A stretch of 64,000 nucleotides of DNA from Thalia democratica (lineage: Eukaryota): positions 39,060,001-39,124,000 of the forward strand of contig OZ241830.1 in assembly GCA_965202585.1 (NCBI GenBank), given 5' to 3'. The translations under genes were made by a program, and so were the position numbers. Under the pieces are notes generated by a model, which made no database searches, was not told the origin of the DNA, and worked only from the letters and a program-made list of their open reading frames with translations. Positions within the stretch are counted from its first letter, which is position 1, and each line of letters begins with the position of its first letter. Of the stretch, positions 36,316 through 50,463 are shown in pieces.

Positions 36316-39181
36316 AGCTGCTGAAAAGTTGAACAAAATATTCTGAATAAGCGACTGATGATAGGGACTTGTCGGTAACGATATTTCTGCATTTGGACTT
36401 CGTTTGAGTGTAGTAGCTTTTGTATTTTCCTCGGGCAATAGTCTGCAAAAAATACTAAGTTACATGAAATTGATGCAAAGCTTTAAGAATTCTTTTTATT
36501 GAACTATTATATATATTTATTTTTGAAATAAAGCTTTTTTCAGCATAAAAGGTGAAACAATTTTATTGCATATAAGAAGAAATAAATACTAAAAAATAAT
36601 TTACAAGAATATAAGAAGTGTTATAGTATGCAAATGTAGCAATCAATACTAGTATTTAAAGTTGAAACGTTTTTACAAATAATTAAATCAATTTGGTAAG
36701 TTTTAATTCTTAACTCACTCTGAGGTGATGTTTTGAATACTTTGATTTTCTTCTATTGCGAGATTCAAATGTCTTTTCTATGTGCTGGCTGGCGATCTAT
36801 AAGTTTCAACTAAATTGTAAACTAAGATTAAAAAAATCAAAGTTGCAACTAAACTTTGGTAGTTTTTTTTCAATTGGAAGCTAAACTAAAAATAGAAAAG
36901 TAAAGAACAATAAACAAGTTAACAATAAATCAATTAAAAGTTCTAAAATAATTTTAACTCAACGGTACATGTCTTTAATAATAAATACATTTTAACTAGT
37001 TTTTTTAATTTTCAAGGCTAGAAAACTTTAAGAACACAACAAACAGCTGTTAAGCTTTGAAAATTGAAAAAACTGTAAAGATAAGTTTACTACTTTTATG
37101 AATGTTGTACATAACATATATACAACTTAACTACTTTTAAATTTTTCATGACTAAAAAAAAAAAAGCATTAAAAGCACACAAAAACAGAAAAGACTTAAA
37201 AAAATTTATATTACAAGTTGAATAATTTTAGAACTTTGTAAACTAAAGCTAACAAAGGCGTCGAGTTTTATTTTTAACTGCTGAAAGGGGATCAATAGTT
37301 GCTTCTTGTTTTTGACTTGACGCTGTTCCAACATCCTGCATTCTGATTCGACCAGAATATCCCTCACTTCGCAGCAGTCCGTAACCTCGATATCAGTCGA
37401 CCTACTCATCTCATTATATTGACCCGGCCCGATACCGACACCCTTGTGCTGCAACATGATTTGTTGGTAATCTGTACTCGATGTTCAAATACAGAATTCA
37501 CAAGGATTTTATACAACTGATTGAACTTTATGGTTGATTTATTTTGTATGTAGTAAGCCATAGTTTACAATTAAACTAACATAAGAATATTTATTTTTAA
37601 ACTATATTCGTTACTCAAACAAACATTTTTCAATACACAATGAAATTTAATAATTTAATTCAACTTGAAACTGATTGAAACTGGTATGCGTGATTTGTTT
37701 AAATGCTTCCTTTTTGGCAGCATACATTTCAACTAAACTTGAAAATATTTTATTGTTTATCAGTGTTCAGTAGAAATTTGTCCAATACACACTAAACTTC
37801 AGCTTGTATAAAACTTATTGAATGTGTTGTTTGAAATTGGCTTGAATGATTTATTACTAATGCCTCTATTACTAATGCTACCACCCTGGAGTAGTGCTAC
37901 GGAATTTATTTCAAAAGTATATAAAATGGTTTAATGTTAATCCATATTCGCTATTCGAACACACAATGAAATTTCATTTGAACACACAATTGTTTAATAC
38001 AAATTGAACATTTACTCGATTTGAAACTAATTAAAACTAATATTTGAGTTTGGTTTATATGATTTATTACCAATATACTACTAATTTATGTTATACTATG
38101 TTTTCAATTATTATAGCATATAACCTAAAAAAAAAGTATAATTAATTCGAAGGGACAATAAACTTCATTCTAACAAGAGTTAGAACAAGTGTGTGTTCGA
38201 TGCTGATTTAATATTGAGTGACCCTTATAATACACAGCTGCTAAGATATGATTTATGCTTAATTTATACATACTACTCGAATACACATACTTGTGTGTGT
38301 TCAAAACACAATAAAGTTTAACTTAAAACTTTAAACTGATTGAATGAGTTAATTGTAATTGGTTTAAGTTAAATAATTTATTTTGCTTAGTGTATCATTT
38401 AATTAGTATATAAATATATACATTTATGTAGAAAATAAGGTGACCATTTTAAACTTAATCACTTTTTACAGAGCCCACTTGAAGGGCTTTTATTTAATTT
38501 ATTAGAAAAGTGCGATTTTAAAAATTCCAGAACAAATGTTTCATAAAGACAAAGTGGGCTTTTCGTAGCTAATCTACATTCGCTATTCGAATACATAGCA
38601 ACATTTCACTAGACTTAAAACTGATTAGAGGCTTTTTGTTTAATTAATTGACATTTGAAAACAATTTCAAAGTGATTTTTAACTGCTCTTTAATCGATAT
38701 TCGAACAACGGCCAGTTTTATTTATTGCTAAATAAATTGCGGTTTATGTATAAACTCAGTTGACTTTAAATTTATTTCTAACAGCGCAGAATATAGTAAG
38801 AATTCGCTTTTTTATTTATTGCATTATTGTATTTTATAAATTTAACTTTACAAACAGCTAAAAACAAAGCAACCTATTTACCATTTAACACTGAAAAAGC
38901 ATTTAAGTTATGGAGAAATTTAATTTTTACTTATTAAGTAATTAAATAAATAGTTATATAATCATTAAAACTGCTTATTTAGAAGTTAAAATGTTATATG
39001 CATATTTTTTTAATTGATATTCATTATTTTAATTACTACAGACTCACCACATGTTTGTTCACGTTCTTGGCAAAAATAAACAAATTTTTGTTTAACGTCG
39101 GACACTGGTTGTTGTTTCTTTTTGACCTCATTTTAGCACCTTCAGCTTTCAATGATGGTTTAGGTTCTCCAAATTGAAAAA
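36316..39181 (-). other. Three exon-like segments of an unidentified spliced transcript
   Basis: 39181-39048 (ttatag / gtgagt), 37448-37254 (ttgcag / gttagc, ~50% GC) and 36442-36316 (tttgcag / gtaagt) can be joined in one open frame. The peptide matches no family I recognise. Confidence 0.3.
37605..38640 (+). repeat. Degenerate tandem repeat, ~305-340-bp period, about 4 units
   Basis: The motif (t/c)attcgctattcgaa(c/t)acac..aaactgatt recurs, variably decayed, near 37605, 37945, 38273 and 38577. Confidence 0.5.
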
Positions 39182-41259
39182 CTATAACAAGTATGTATAA
39201 AAAAAAAGAAAAAAAAAAATTTTGAAATTAATAATATAATATAAAATGCTCACTGATAAACAATATTATGACGATTTTCATAAACATTTTTGCAGTTTTT
39301 GCTATTTTTGCAGTTTGTATTTTCAGATTGTTTTGCTAGTAAAGTCGAGCGATGACTTTCCGTTTACTCAGACTCTAGTCTCTAATATATACCACACAAC
39401 TAGAAAAAATAAAACATTTTTTTCAGGCTTTACACTTTCAAAATCTCTCAAAATTTAAAAGAAACACACTATTTTTTGAAATAATTATTTGATGAAATAC
39501 TTAGCATACTAAAGTTTTTAGATCAAAAAATACAAGTTTATGAAAGTCTTTTAAAAACTGTCTTTTTATTTGTGTTTATTATTATATTTGTTTTTTTTGT
39601 TAAACTTGATTTAGTTAACTATGACCATTTTCATTTCAAAAACTATGTAAATAAAAATAATCAAATACAAATGATGATCATATAACATATATTATATTAA
39701 AGGGTATCAAATATAAGTGTTTAAGCAATACTGTGAAATAATAAAAACAAAAAAGAGGTATCGTAAAAGTTTTAAATTTTTATACCTCACAATTAATATT
39801 CAAAAATAACTAAAAAACTTCAAAAATTGTTAAATGAGCAAGCACATATCTTTAGAAGATTTCAACTATTTTTTATAATCGTCAAATATAAAACTTTATC
39901 AGTAATAATTAAAAACAGCTTTTACATCTTGAGAAAAAGATACAATCTATATTTATACCACTTAAAAACTAACTTTAAAAATAATTTTTTTTTATATTAA
40001 ATTTAAGTTTAAATCACAAGTTTTCAAGGACATACATAATACAACATTCATAAATCTAAACAGTTAAAAAAATATATAAAGACCGTTAATTTAATAAAAA
40101 ATTCAAGCTAATTACATTTGTTTAAGGATATCTATTGAAATCTAATTTAATGTTTTTCTATTCTTTGTGTCATTTAACTTATAATTAATCATTGTTTTAC
40201 AAGCATGGATATTTGATGTTGCATTTTGACCAAAATTGTCACTTTTAAGCTAATAATAGCTGGTCTGTTGCTAAGTATATACCTGGATTTTTATAGTAAC
40301 AAGTCCAAGAAGTTGTTTAAGATACAATTATAAAGTATTTAAATTCGATTATTAGTTGTTTCTTGGTAAATAAGATTTCTTATTGTATTAAATAAACGTT
40401 TCGTTATTTGAGTGCAACTAAAATAATCGTTGTTTGACTCATGTAAATAACGATTATTTTTGCTTGGCAAAACTCCGATCTTGATACTTTGTAGAGTTCA
40501 AATATACATTAATTATTATTTTCATGAGTCAAATAACGATTATTTTTTGCAAAAAACGATCAAATTTTGCGGCACCTTTCTTGAGTTCAAACAAATTTAT
40601 CATAACAATTATTTTGCCGAGCCACGCTGGTGTGCAATTCTGCGAAAAAATACGAAATTCTTGTTATGCATTTTCAAGTGCAATATACATTTCTTCGAAA
40701 TAATTTGAAGTATTGAACTTAAGGAAGGTGCTGCGAAATTTATTGCAGCATTTTTTGCGTTTTTTCTTTATTTAGATTTACCGTGAACAAAGTCTAAACG
40801 GGAAGTTTTGCATGCAGTTTTAGTTTACACTAAACTTCAACAATTTGCAAAAAAGTTTATGATCTATTTTATAACTTTAAACTAGTTGAGGAATTTTTCC
40901 TTTAATTAAAACTTAAAAGTGTTGTTTAATATTTAAAATACCTACTTTAAACGTTTTAAAGTTACCTTCAAAAAAGTTAACATATAATTACGTTTTGTTA
41001 CAGCTCAATGACCATACGGTTTTTCTATACAATCAAATCCTTTGACCATATTTTTAAGCGTCAATTCATTTGTCGATTTCAAACTCAAAAAACTTAAAAG
41101 TATTTAGTAAAAAAAACTTTAGAAAAAAAAATCTGTTTGAAATCTTTTTTTATGTAATTTGAGAAAACAACTTTTATGTTTTTATAGCACGAATATTCTG
41201 TTTTTGTATCCCACTATGATCCTAGTTTTGTGTTTTATGTGAAATTAAAAGTTCTAAAA

Positions 41260-41382
41260 GTCTTGTCCTGGACAAGACGTTAAAAGGTATCCGTGGTGTA
41301 CGACTCGACAACAAAAAGGTTCTTTGTACACCAAGTCCTAGGACCAAATATTTTTAGCGTCTTTTTTGTTCTCAATAAACTA
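41260..41382 (+). repeat. Dispersed ~120-bp repeat, copy with intact 5' palindrome
   Basis: Begins GTCTTGTCC-T-GGACAAGAC and ends ..caataaacta; homologous to the 32621 and 43499 copies. Confidence 0.75.
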
Positions 41383-43498
41383 TAACTTCAGAGCTAGTTC
41401 AATTTTAAAAATATTTATGTATTCAATGGACAAATAAACCATATATATATACATAAAGCAGTTTGTTTTTTGGTAAAAAAATAGATACAAAAAAGTCTCT
41501 ATAAACATTTAAAATTGCCCCTTTTTGACATACAACCAAAAATAAAATATTTGATATAGTTTTACCATAAAAATAGTTTTGTAATAAGTAGCACGAACAT
41601 AATAAAAAGTTTAAATACTAACATAACTATAGTACTTTGTGTTTACTTACTTATTTATAATATATAATTTTAAATTTAATGTCGATTCTAGTTTTGTTAC
41701 ACAAAACTTATGAAAAATGATATTAGAACTATTATTAATTAAGAGGTTATGTTTAAAGCTTAGATTGTTTAATACAATTGGAATTCCTATTTGTCAAGAA
41801 AAAACTAATCATCGAATTTAGATACTTTTTCATTGTGTCTTAAACAACCTCTTAGACTTCTAACTAAAAAGACCTGGTAATATATTTAGCAACAGTCCAG
41901 CTATTACAAGCTTAAAAGTGACAATTTTAGTCAGAATGTAACATCAAATATCCATAATTGTAAAACAATGATTATTTACAAGTTGAATGACACAAAGAAT
42001 AGAAAAACTGTAAATAAAATTTCAATAGACATCCTTGAAAACTTATGATTAGCTTGAATAAGTTTTGAGGTTGTTAGTATTTAAAATGTTTTTTGATATT
42101 TATAGTTTTATAAATAGTATTTGTTTAATATGACACATAAAAATGTTATTTTTTGAGTTGTCATAATTACAAGTGTTTTACCTTAATTTACATAATTTTT
42201 ATTATAGCACACAAAACACACTTTTACTAAATAAAATTTATATATATATAACTTTTTTTTAATTAAAAATTTTATTTAGTCTTAAATGTGAGGTATACTC
42301 ATTTTAAACTTTAACAACTAACTATTTAGTACTTCATATATCCTATACATCTGGATAAAAGACTTATAATAGTATTTTTCATTAACTTTTTTATTATTAT
42401 TTTTAAGACAAACGTTTTATCTTTTTTTTTTTATGAAGTTAAAAATGATTATACTAAACCAAATTGAACAACAAAAGCAAAGAAAAACCTAAAACAAACA
42501 AAACTTTTATATTTAAAATTGATTTATTCAATTAAATATTGTTCATTAATTTGCCTAGGTACTTTTATAACTAAATGTAAGTTTGTATACCAAGGATTTT
42601 AACAGTTTTAAAACGTAGGCTTAAGGAATGCGTATATTTGTAGCATAATGCTTAATTAAACAACCAAAAGCTTCAATTTTATTTAAGAAATTCAAAATAT
42701 CAAAACCTTGATTTTTTATTTTAAATTTTTCAGCAGTTTTCAATTTTCACTGCTGTGCACTGTCAGTTGATGTAGTGATAAATAGAAATAGTTTAATACT
42801 CTTAAAACAAAGTTTTTAGTTTAATAATATACTTTAAAAATAAATCAAACCCAGTTTGCGTTACATTTTGTGCAGACATTAATCTATGACAGAATATTAT
42901 TGTATTACATGCAAAAAGTAGATCTAAAAACTTATATGACAATGATTAATTTATTTTGATGACTAGACTGTTTTGTAATTAGTTTTGTACAATTAATTAT
43001 TCTCTGTAGGATTAATAAAAAAGTGTTTGTCCTTTCGTCAATATTTTTTTTTGTGTGAGTAGTTATCTTATAAAAGAAAGACTAGTAGCTTATATTAAAT
43101 AAACTATCAGAAAAAAAAAATGTTTTAAACTTTAATAGATAGAAGAAAAAAACAATTTACTATTAAAACAAAGATCACATGCTGGTAACAGTTTTTTAAA
43201 TCAAATAATGTTTTTTTTTGTGGTAGATTTATACTAATTTATCGTAAGTATTTTATTTTTCTCGGGGATATATACTATAATCTTAAATTTAAACAAACAC
43301 AAATAAAGTTATTTTCTCAACATTTTTGTGCAATTATTGCTAGATTGTATTATATCATTTTATAGGTAGTACTATTAACCACATTTATAAAAATATTCTT
43401 ATTTTTATGCTTAAAAATTGATTATTTTACAGTCAATGTATTGTAATAGAAATCTGCATACTAATATCTACCTGAACAAAAACTATATAAAACATTTA

Positions 43499-43623
43499 GA
43501 TTGTCCTAGACAATACGTTGAAAGGTATCCAAGTGGTTTTGCGACTCGATAACCAAATGGTTCTTCGTGCACCAGGTGCTAAGACCTAATATTTTGAGCA
43601 GTTTTTTGTCGTTCAATAAACTA
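43499..43623 (+). repeat. Dispersed ~120-bp repeat
   Basis: ttgtcctagacaatacgttgaaaggtatccaagtgg..cgactcgataaccaaatggttcttcgtgcaccagg..caataaacta; homologous to the other copies. Confidence 0.75.
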
Positions 43624-44180
43624 TATTGTAAACAGGCGTAAAAATTATACTTACAAGTATAATGATATTTTATCTTATCTATCATATAAAACGTCAACTA
43701 AACAAAATATAGTAAAAGCAAATAACAATATATTCTTGTTTAAATGTTTAAAATCTTTTATGATTTTTTTTGATCAAATAAAGTTTTATAAATTAGTATT
43801 GTACAGTAATACCTACTCTACTGCACTAATGTTTTTGAATGTTATACTTATAACACTTGATAATAGTAGTATTTTTTTATAGACAGTTTATATAGTTTTA
43901 CTGATTTATGCAACTTTAGGTCATGCCGTAATTTTTATATCCTTTTTTAAACTTATCTGAATTTTTTTGCAAAGTTGAAAATTTTTTTTCCGTTATAAAA
44001 ATAACAATATTAAAAATTTTTAATAAAAGGTAAAATCCAAATTCCAACAAAAACAAGTACAGTTAAAAGTTTTTGTTTTTAGTTCAAGTTACTTTTTCTT
44101 TGATAAGACAGACTCAAAACTTCTGCAAATTATCAGCCAAGTTCATTTACAAAATCGATAATATCTCTTTTTTTTAAAGA

Positions 44181-44600
44181 AGATCTTTTAAAAACATAGT
44201 GACTCATATCACGTTTTCTCACCAAACGGTAGCAACTTAATATAATTTCCAAAAATTAATCCAAGTATTCAGCAAGAACACTTTTATTGTTTTTAATGCG
44301 ACCATACTAAACTTGATAAATATAAAAAATGGTTTACTTTACCTAGAAATTTAAAGTGTCTCAGTTATCTTAGTAGATTTTAGTTTACATAATTTAAAAG
44401 TATTCTGTACAAAGTGATTCTCAAGCTATTTTACAAAGTAGACAATCATAAAGATTTCAACAAGTTTTATTTTTTAAAGATCTTTTAAAAACAAAGTGAC
44501 TCATATCACGTTTTTGAACCAAACGGTATTAACTTAGTTTAGTTTCCAAGAATTAATGCAAGTATTCATCAAAAACACTTCTTCTTTGTCTTTAATGCAA
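44181..44600 (+). repeat. Old local tandem duplication (~120-bp aligned block, ~297-bp period)
   Basis: agatcttttaaaaaca(t/a)agtgactcatatcacgtttt..ccaaacggta..tttccaa..aattaat.caagtattca occurs at ~44181-44298 and ~44478-44600. Confidence 0.7.
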
Positions 44601-46503
44601 CGAAAGCACGTAATAAATATGAAGAGTTCAACATAGGTTTTAGGTATTTTCGCAACATTTACAGGTAATTTGATTGTTTCAGAAACAGTTCAGATCAAAA
44701 CATTTCAGATTGTTTTTTTAAAATACCTCAGTTTATTCGTTTTGCAGAAATTGTTTTCATTCTTTAAAATACTACGGAGACCAAAATATATAATTAGTAG
44801 ACTTTGCCCACCCCTATTCAAAACAACGGAGTTATAGACAAAAATCTCAAGTGATTATCTAAACTAGTTTCTCGTTAATAATAAAATATAAATTATAACA
44901 AAAAGGTATTCAACTTTTTGAAAATACTTATTAACATCTTAAAAATTCAAAACACAACATGTTTGTGTATAACGCATGTAAATAACGCTTTTACAGGTGT
45001 GGTCTAAAACAAGGTTGTAAAGTTATGGATTATATATTTTGTTATGTGTTCTAATCTACCTGCATTGTTGAAAAACTTCATTTAGTTAAACATTTAAAGT
45101 CAAAAATGCTGTATTTAACTCTTTTATACCTGATCAATAAGACTTAGATTTTTTTCTCAATTAACTGATTAATTTTTACTGTTAGGTTAATTATTTTGAT
45201 ACGTTATAAAATGTACATACTTGTAAGTTCTTTGAAATAATAAACAAGTTAAAACTAGTGTTTATGTCCAATAAACTCTTATTAATACACTTAAACATTA
45301 ATAAATAGTATAACTATATTATCTTTGAATTTTTTTAAATATAAAACAAGCTCTGAAGGGAAAGTCAATAAAGCTTGAATAATGAACTAAGTAATTGTAA
45401 AAACAAAATTTTCAAGTTTTCAAAACTAGTATACTATTTATATAATATAACAAATTTTACTAAAAACAACATTAGGTGTAGAAGAACAGAAAATTTAGTT
45501 TTAAGTTTTAACAATAACTTTAAACAAGCGTGAGTTTTTAAAACATGATTTTAAAAATCCAAAGAAGCTTAAGTTAACCTGTAAACATAAAACGTAATAA
45601 AAGTGCAGTAAACTGCTTTATTTATTACCAAAAAACTGACCATGTGAAATATTCTCAAAAAATAAGTTTGACTAAGCAATGTTGTTTATGTATTGAAAAT
45701 TAAAACCAGTTCATGCATGAAAGTACTAACAAAACTGTGGTGTTGCAATTTTAACGATTAAAATTTTTTAATGCATAATAGGCCAAATATGTGCTAGTTT
45801 TAAAATTAAGTAAAAATAGTATAACAAGTCAAATATTAAACTAAAACTGGATCTAAATAATATTTAAACCAAGTATTAACCAACATCAAAATAACTGTAA
45901 TATAGGTTGACTTTTTCATTGATTTCCAAGTCTATCTCCTGTTTTTTTTAATAAACAACTAGCAATACTAAGTTGTAAAATTATCAGTTAGTGATAATCA
46001 TTGTACAGAGCAAATAAAATTATAACAAACATTTGTTTTTTTCAACATAATTTTCATCATGTAATATACTACTTTTGTTATTATGTCATTAAGGTTTTGT
46101 TTTGATAACAGTAAAATATTAAAACTTTTTGTCATTACGCGACAAGAAAAGTATTTGAAACTAGTTCTTCCTCCGAAAAAGTTATTGTGTGAAACTTGCT
46201 ACCAACTCCAACTAAAATATTTTCCAAACCAATACTCAATTTAGTGTCATTAAAACTTTGAGCTGTTCTAACTATTTTAACATTTTGATTGAAAAATCTC
46301 TAAAAATTAATTCTTATTTTAACTTTATTCTATAGTTATAGTTGTTCAATCTTTAAAAATACTTTGTTATGCAAACAATACACAAAAACAAGTTAAACTT
46401 TATTTAGCCAAATAATACTAACCTTAACGAATATCTAAGTTATACATATATACACAATAGACATATAATTATAGTATAATACACACTTATTTATACTTAT
46501 TAT

Positions 46504-47106
46504 TTAGACTGTAGGCAGGGTTTCCTTTTTGGCTGATTTGTTTTCCCACATCCATCTTGCTATTATTGCAACAGCAACCAAGATAATAGGTACGCTTGCA
46601 TAGTTCAATAAAACAAATGAAGAACTTACAGGGCTTTCACTAACTAATGGATCAGCTGTCTTGTCTGCTGGTTTAAAACAAATGTAACGTTATTTACGAT
46701 TACAGTCGGTAGTTGTTATAATAAGAGGATTTTTTGGGGGAGTTAGATACCCATAACATTTAGCGTAGCGGCATTCAAACCAATACCTATCCAATTCATG
46801 ATAAACTTGTCCATGGATTACTTCATCAAAGACTTCACCATTTGAAAATATCTTTTCTTCTTTATCGCCACATTTGGTTTTTAAAATGTCTAAACCAATA
46901 TGGTATGGATACGCATAGTGATGAAATTAACATTAAGGTTCGTCCATGGCTCGCAACAAGGCTTGAGCGTCCTCTCTGCTGAGAATAGGCGCAAGTATTT
47001 GCCCTTTCTTAGCAAATCTTTTTCTTGCGACGCATTTTTTTACTTTTTCTTCGGAAAAAGTGAATATCCCGGAAGAAGTAGTAACTTGTTCAATACAACT
47101 AACCAT
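46504..47106 (-). pseudogene. C-type-lectin-like domain protein with C-terminal transmembrane helix; pseudogene with three in-frame TAA
   Basis: One uninterrupted frame of 201 codons: MVSCIEQVTTSSGIFTFSEEKVKKCVARKRFAKKGQILAPILSREDAQALLRAMDEP*C*FHHYAYPYHIGLDI..YWFECRYAKCYGYL..DCNRK*RYICFKP..SFVLLNYASVPIILVAVAIIARWMW..PTV*. The LAPI, HIGL and YICFKP segments fit the C-type lectin domain pattern. Internal stops are at 46933-46935, 46927-46929 and 46690-46692. Confidence 0.75.
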
Positions 47107-50100
47107 TTTAAATCTATAAATTATAAAACTTAGGTTAAAATACAAATAGGTTTTATGATTAAGCAATAAAATTTTAGAATTACTACGTTAATTTAAGTTC
47201 AAAATACTTTAATTTGGGACTAATAACTAAATAAACTACAAAAAATTTAAAACTAGTTTTTAGTCTATTATGATAAATTTAAAAAAAGAAATATTTGGTC
47301 TAGCTTCTTATTTATTATATGTATTGTTTTTACACTTAAGTGACTAATTTAGAAATCAAACAATTTTATTATGAAAAGACTGATAGTTACTTTTGAAATA
47401 AGGAACTGGAAAAATCAAACCCTTGTAAGAAGGTTAAAAAAGAAAAAAAGAATTAACAAGTGAATACTTCTTGTCAAAAATTAATTTAAATTAACTTCTG
47501 AATTTTTGTTAATTTTACTTAAACTTTAAGTTAAAAGAAATAAGCAAGTGTTGGAGAGGTAAAGAAAGTTTTAATACTATTTAAAAAACATTATAAAACA
47601 CATAAAAGCATATCATAAAACTAAGTTAAGCATCATAATTTTAGGCATATAAAATATTTTATAGCGATGGTTTGGCTCATTATAATAGTAAAAAGTTTAA
47701 GTTTGTATTTATAATTATTTAAAGTTTATAACTTAGGGTGCTTAAAAAATGCGAGGTTTTAGTTTTTAGATAGGTTATTTTGGCAAGTATCAGTAAAAAA
47801 TCTTGTGCAAAACTTTAGGTGATTGAAAAAAAAATCACGCTGTTTTTGACTTTTTGAAAACAACCCTAATGTTAACTGTATAAGACCAAAACAATTCGAC
47901 CTTAAACTTTATTGCCGATTTGGTTTCACGTGATACTTATTAAAAAAACAAATTTTGATGAGTTTGAGACAATTTTAAGAAATTCGAGGTGGCGATTCTT
48001 GGATAGTTTTTTCTATTTTTTATAAATAAAAATTTGAAAATAATTGCAATAAATTTAACAATTTTTTTTTAATTTACTTTATTTAATTACCTACTGCTCA
48101 CAAGTTTGCAAATATTTAACAGTTCTGTAAATCAACATAATAACATATTGGTTTTACAATATGGTTTCTTGCACTAAAATAATTTTGCGAACAGTTTCTA
48201 TATTGCATCATTTAGAAATGTGGTGGTCAACATACGGCCGGAGATAATTTTTTGGCTTGAAAATAGCTGTAATTAAACAAAATTGTTAAAACTGTGTTAT
48301 TAATTTGACTTTCAATGCTTATTTAACGATTATTTTGTTTATATATTGCATAGAAAAGTTTTTTAACTAAACTTTGTGAAAAATTATTCAAAAATATCTA
48401 GCCTGATTTGCTTGAAAAAACAACTAACTAGTAAAGGGGTCGACATGGTTTATACACAAACTTTTGCAATTGCGTTCTGAAATTTTCCCTACCTTTGTTT
48501 GATTTAGTACAGTTGGTATTATAACCAGATAAAACAACTTAACCTTTTAGATAAATTGAAATTGTATAGCATACTAATAACTACTACATTTATAAAATTC
48601 AAATCATTTATTTAGATATTGTACTGGAAAAATGTCATAAAAATTTTACTGTTTGGAACTTGCCTCAAGTATATTTGACATTTTACTACGGAATGCTAGC
48701 TCACTTGTTTTTTAACTATTAAATAACTTTTTATTTTATCCAGACTGATAATGATACTCGTTTCTCTTCAAAAATTACTTGAATGCGTCAGTTTTCAAAT
48801 GCGTTACTGTTAAGGAAGTTAATATTATTAAACCACAATATTTATTAAGTCTGCAAATAAAAAAATAATTTGTTCAAACCAAAAATATAAAATCTATTTA
48901 AGAAGTTCAAAAATTTAGAAGGATTTGCACTTACAAAATACTTACATTTTGTGTAAAAAAATCAAACATTTATTCAAGATAAGTTCACATTATAGCAATC
49001 TACTCTAAGCAAAAAAAAATCTAGTAAAATTTTTTATGGAACTTTAGAAATTTTCATCCAACTTTACTGACAAGTACTGAAAAATCGCTTACAAAAACAA
49101 AACTATTTTTTAAAATAATTGCAATTCAAAAAAAAAAATATTTAGCCTGACGCGTACTAACCCTTGGGTAGAGCTTAAAATGCTAATAAATTCATTTGAC
49201 CAAATTATTTTCCTATTTCATGAACTTATTACCTTTGTTTTAGAATTTTGTAAGATATCTACTATCTTTTTTTACCAATCAGTTATAAAAACTGAGAAAA
49301 TTACTATAATTGTTAAAATCACTAAAAAGTGTTTAAGTTACAGTTAAAAATATTAAAAGAAAATGGTGATTATTGAAGGCTAAAACTTTAATTCTGTTTT
49401 ACCAATATTTTTAAAAACTATAAGTTAACATATAAATTTTAACACGAACTCGGTATATTATTTTTTATAAACTGTTAATGGTATGTGAACAAGTTTAAAA
49501 TAAATCTAAAAAATAAGACAAACATTCTATTTAAATTTTGTTAGTAATTTGCATAAATATAGATATTATGAGTTTGATTTTATTTAACGATTTATATTAA
49601 CAAAACAATCTGTAAACATTACCAATAAAAAACTTATTCTATTTAAAAAAAAAATTTTTTAACTTGCTTAAAATTAATCGTAAACAAGACATAAGTTAAA
49701 TAATACTTCGCTTTCATATTTAACAACATGTTGTTGAACATTTCTTAAGGTTTAATTTGAACACTAATTTTGAAACCGCTGTTAAAAAAATATATCAAAA
49801 AGAGATAAGTTGTAGGTTACTAAAAGTCAAATAGAAAACATTAACATTAGTTAGCTTTTTACATTATAGTTTAATTTCTTTACTGTTTATTAATGCTTTA
49901 TAATTAGTTATTCTTGTTAAATTGTACAGATAGATAGTTAATAAATAAACTCTTTATCTAACAAATCACTAGAAATAAAATTAAAAGTAATTTGTTTTAA
50001 CAATAAAAAACAGTAAAACAATAAGTATTTATCTACAGAAAGCTTTATTGTTTTAAGCATAATTTACTTACTTTTATAAAAGGATTACAGCAAATTATTG

Positions 50101-50463
50101 TATACAAAATTAAAAACAAAGTTGTACTTAAACTTTCTTAGATTTTGTTTGCTAAGGTATCTTACAGTACAGATTATAAGTTGATAGTTTTTTATTTATT
50201 TGCAACCAGATATAACAATAAAGTTTTCGTTATTTCTACCTACAAAATGTGCTAACATATAAATAATTTTTCATTGCTGCTAATTTTAGTTATCAAGATG
50301 CTAATTGTAACTTTACAAACTTGCTTAAGTTTGTATCATTTAAATTAGTTAGTATGATTGTTTAAAAAATCTTAAACTTAAAAAAATATTTTTATTACCA
50401 TTCTAGTTTGAGCATTTTATTTCAATCTAAATTTTTTTGTTTGTTTTTAAGTATGATGTTTTT

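Noticed and set aside
46690-46935. TAA reassigned to an amino acid (non-standard nuclear code)
   Set aside because: The SLC10 model ends in TAA, the lectin-like frame itself ends in TAA, and no intact gene here has an internal TAA or TAG.
48246-48254. Sm-site-like AATTTTTGG between two small hairpins (SL RNA or snRNA)
   Set aside because: There is no convincing leader donor upstream, the stems are only 3-4 bp, and the motif is expected by chance in AT-rich DNA.
48779-48850. Possible signal-peptide exon for the lectin-like pseudogene (LNKYCGLIILTSLTVTHLKTDAF, phase-compatible)
   Set aside because: It has no start codon and weak hydrophobicity; it cannot be told from chance without transcripts or paralogues.
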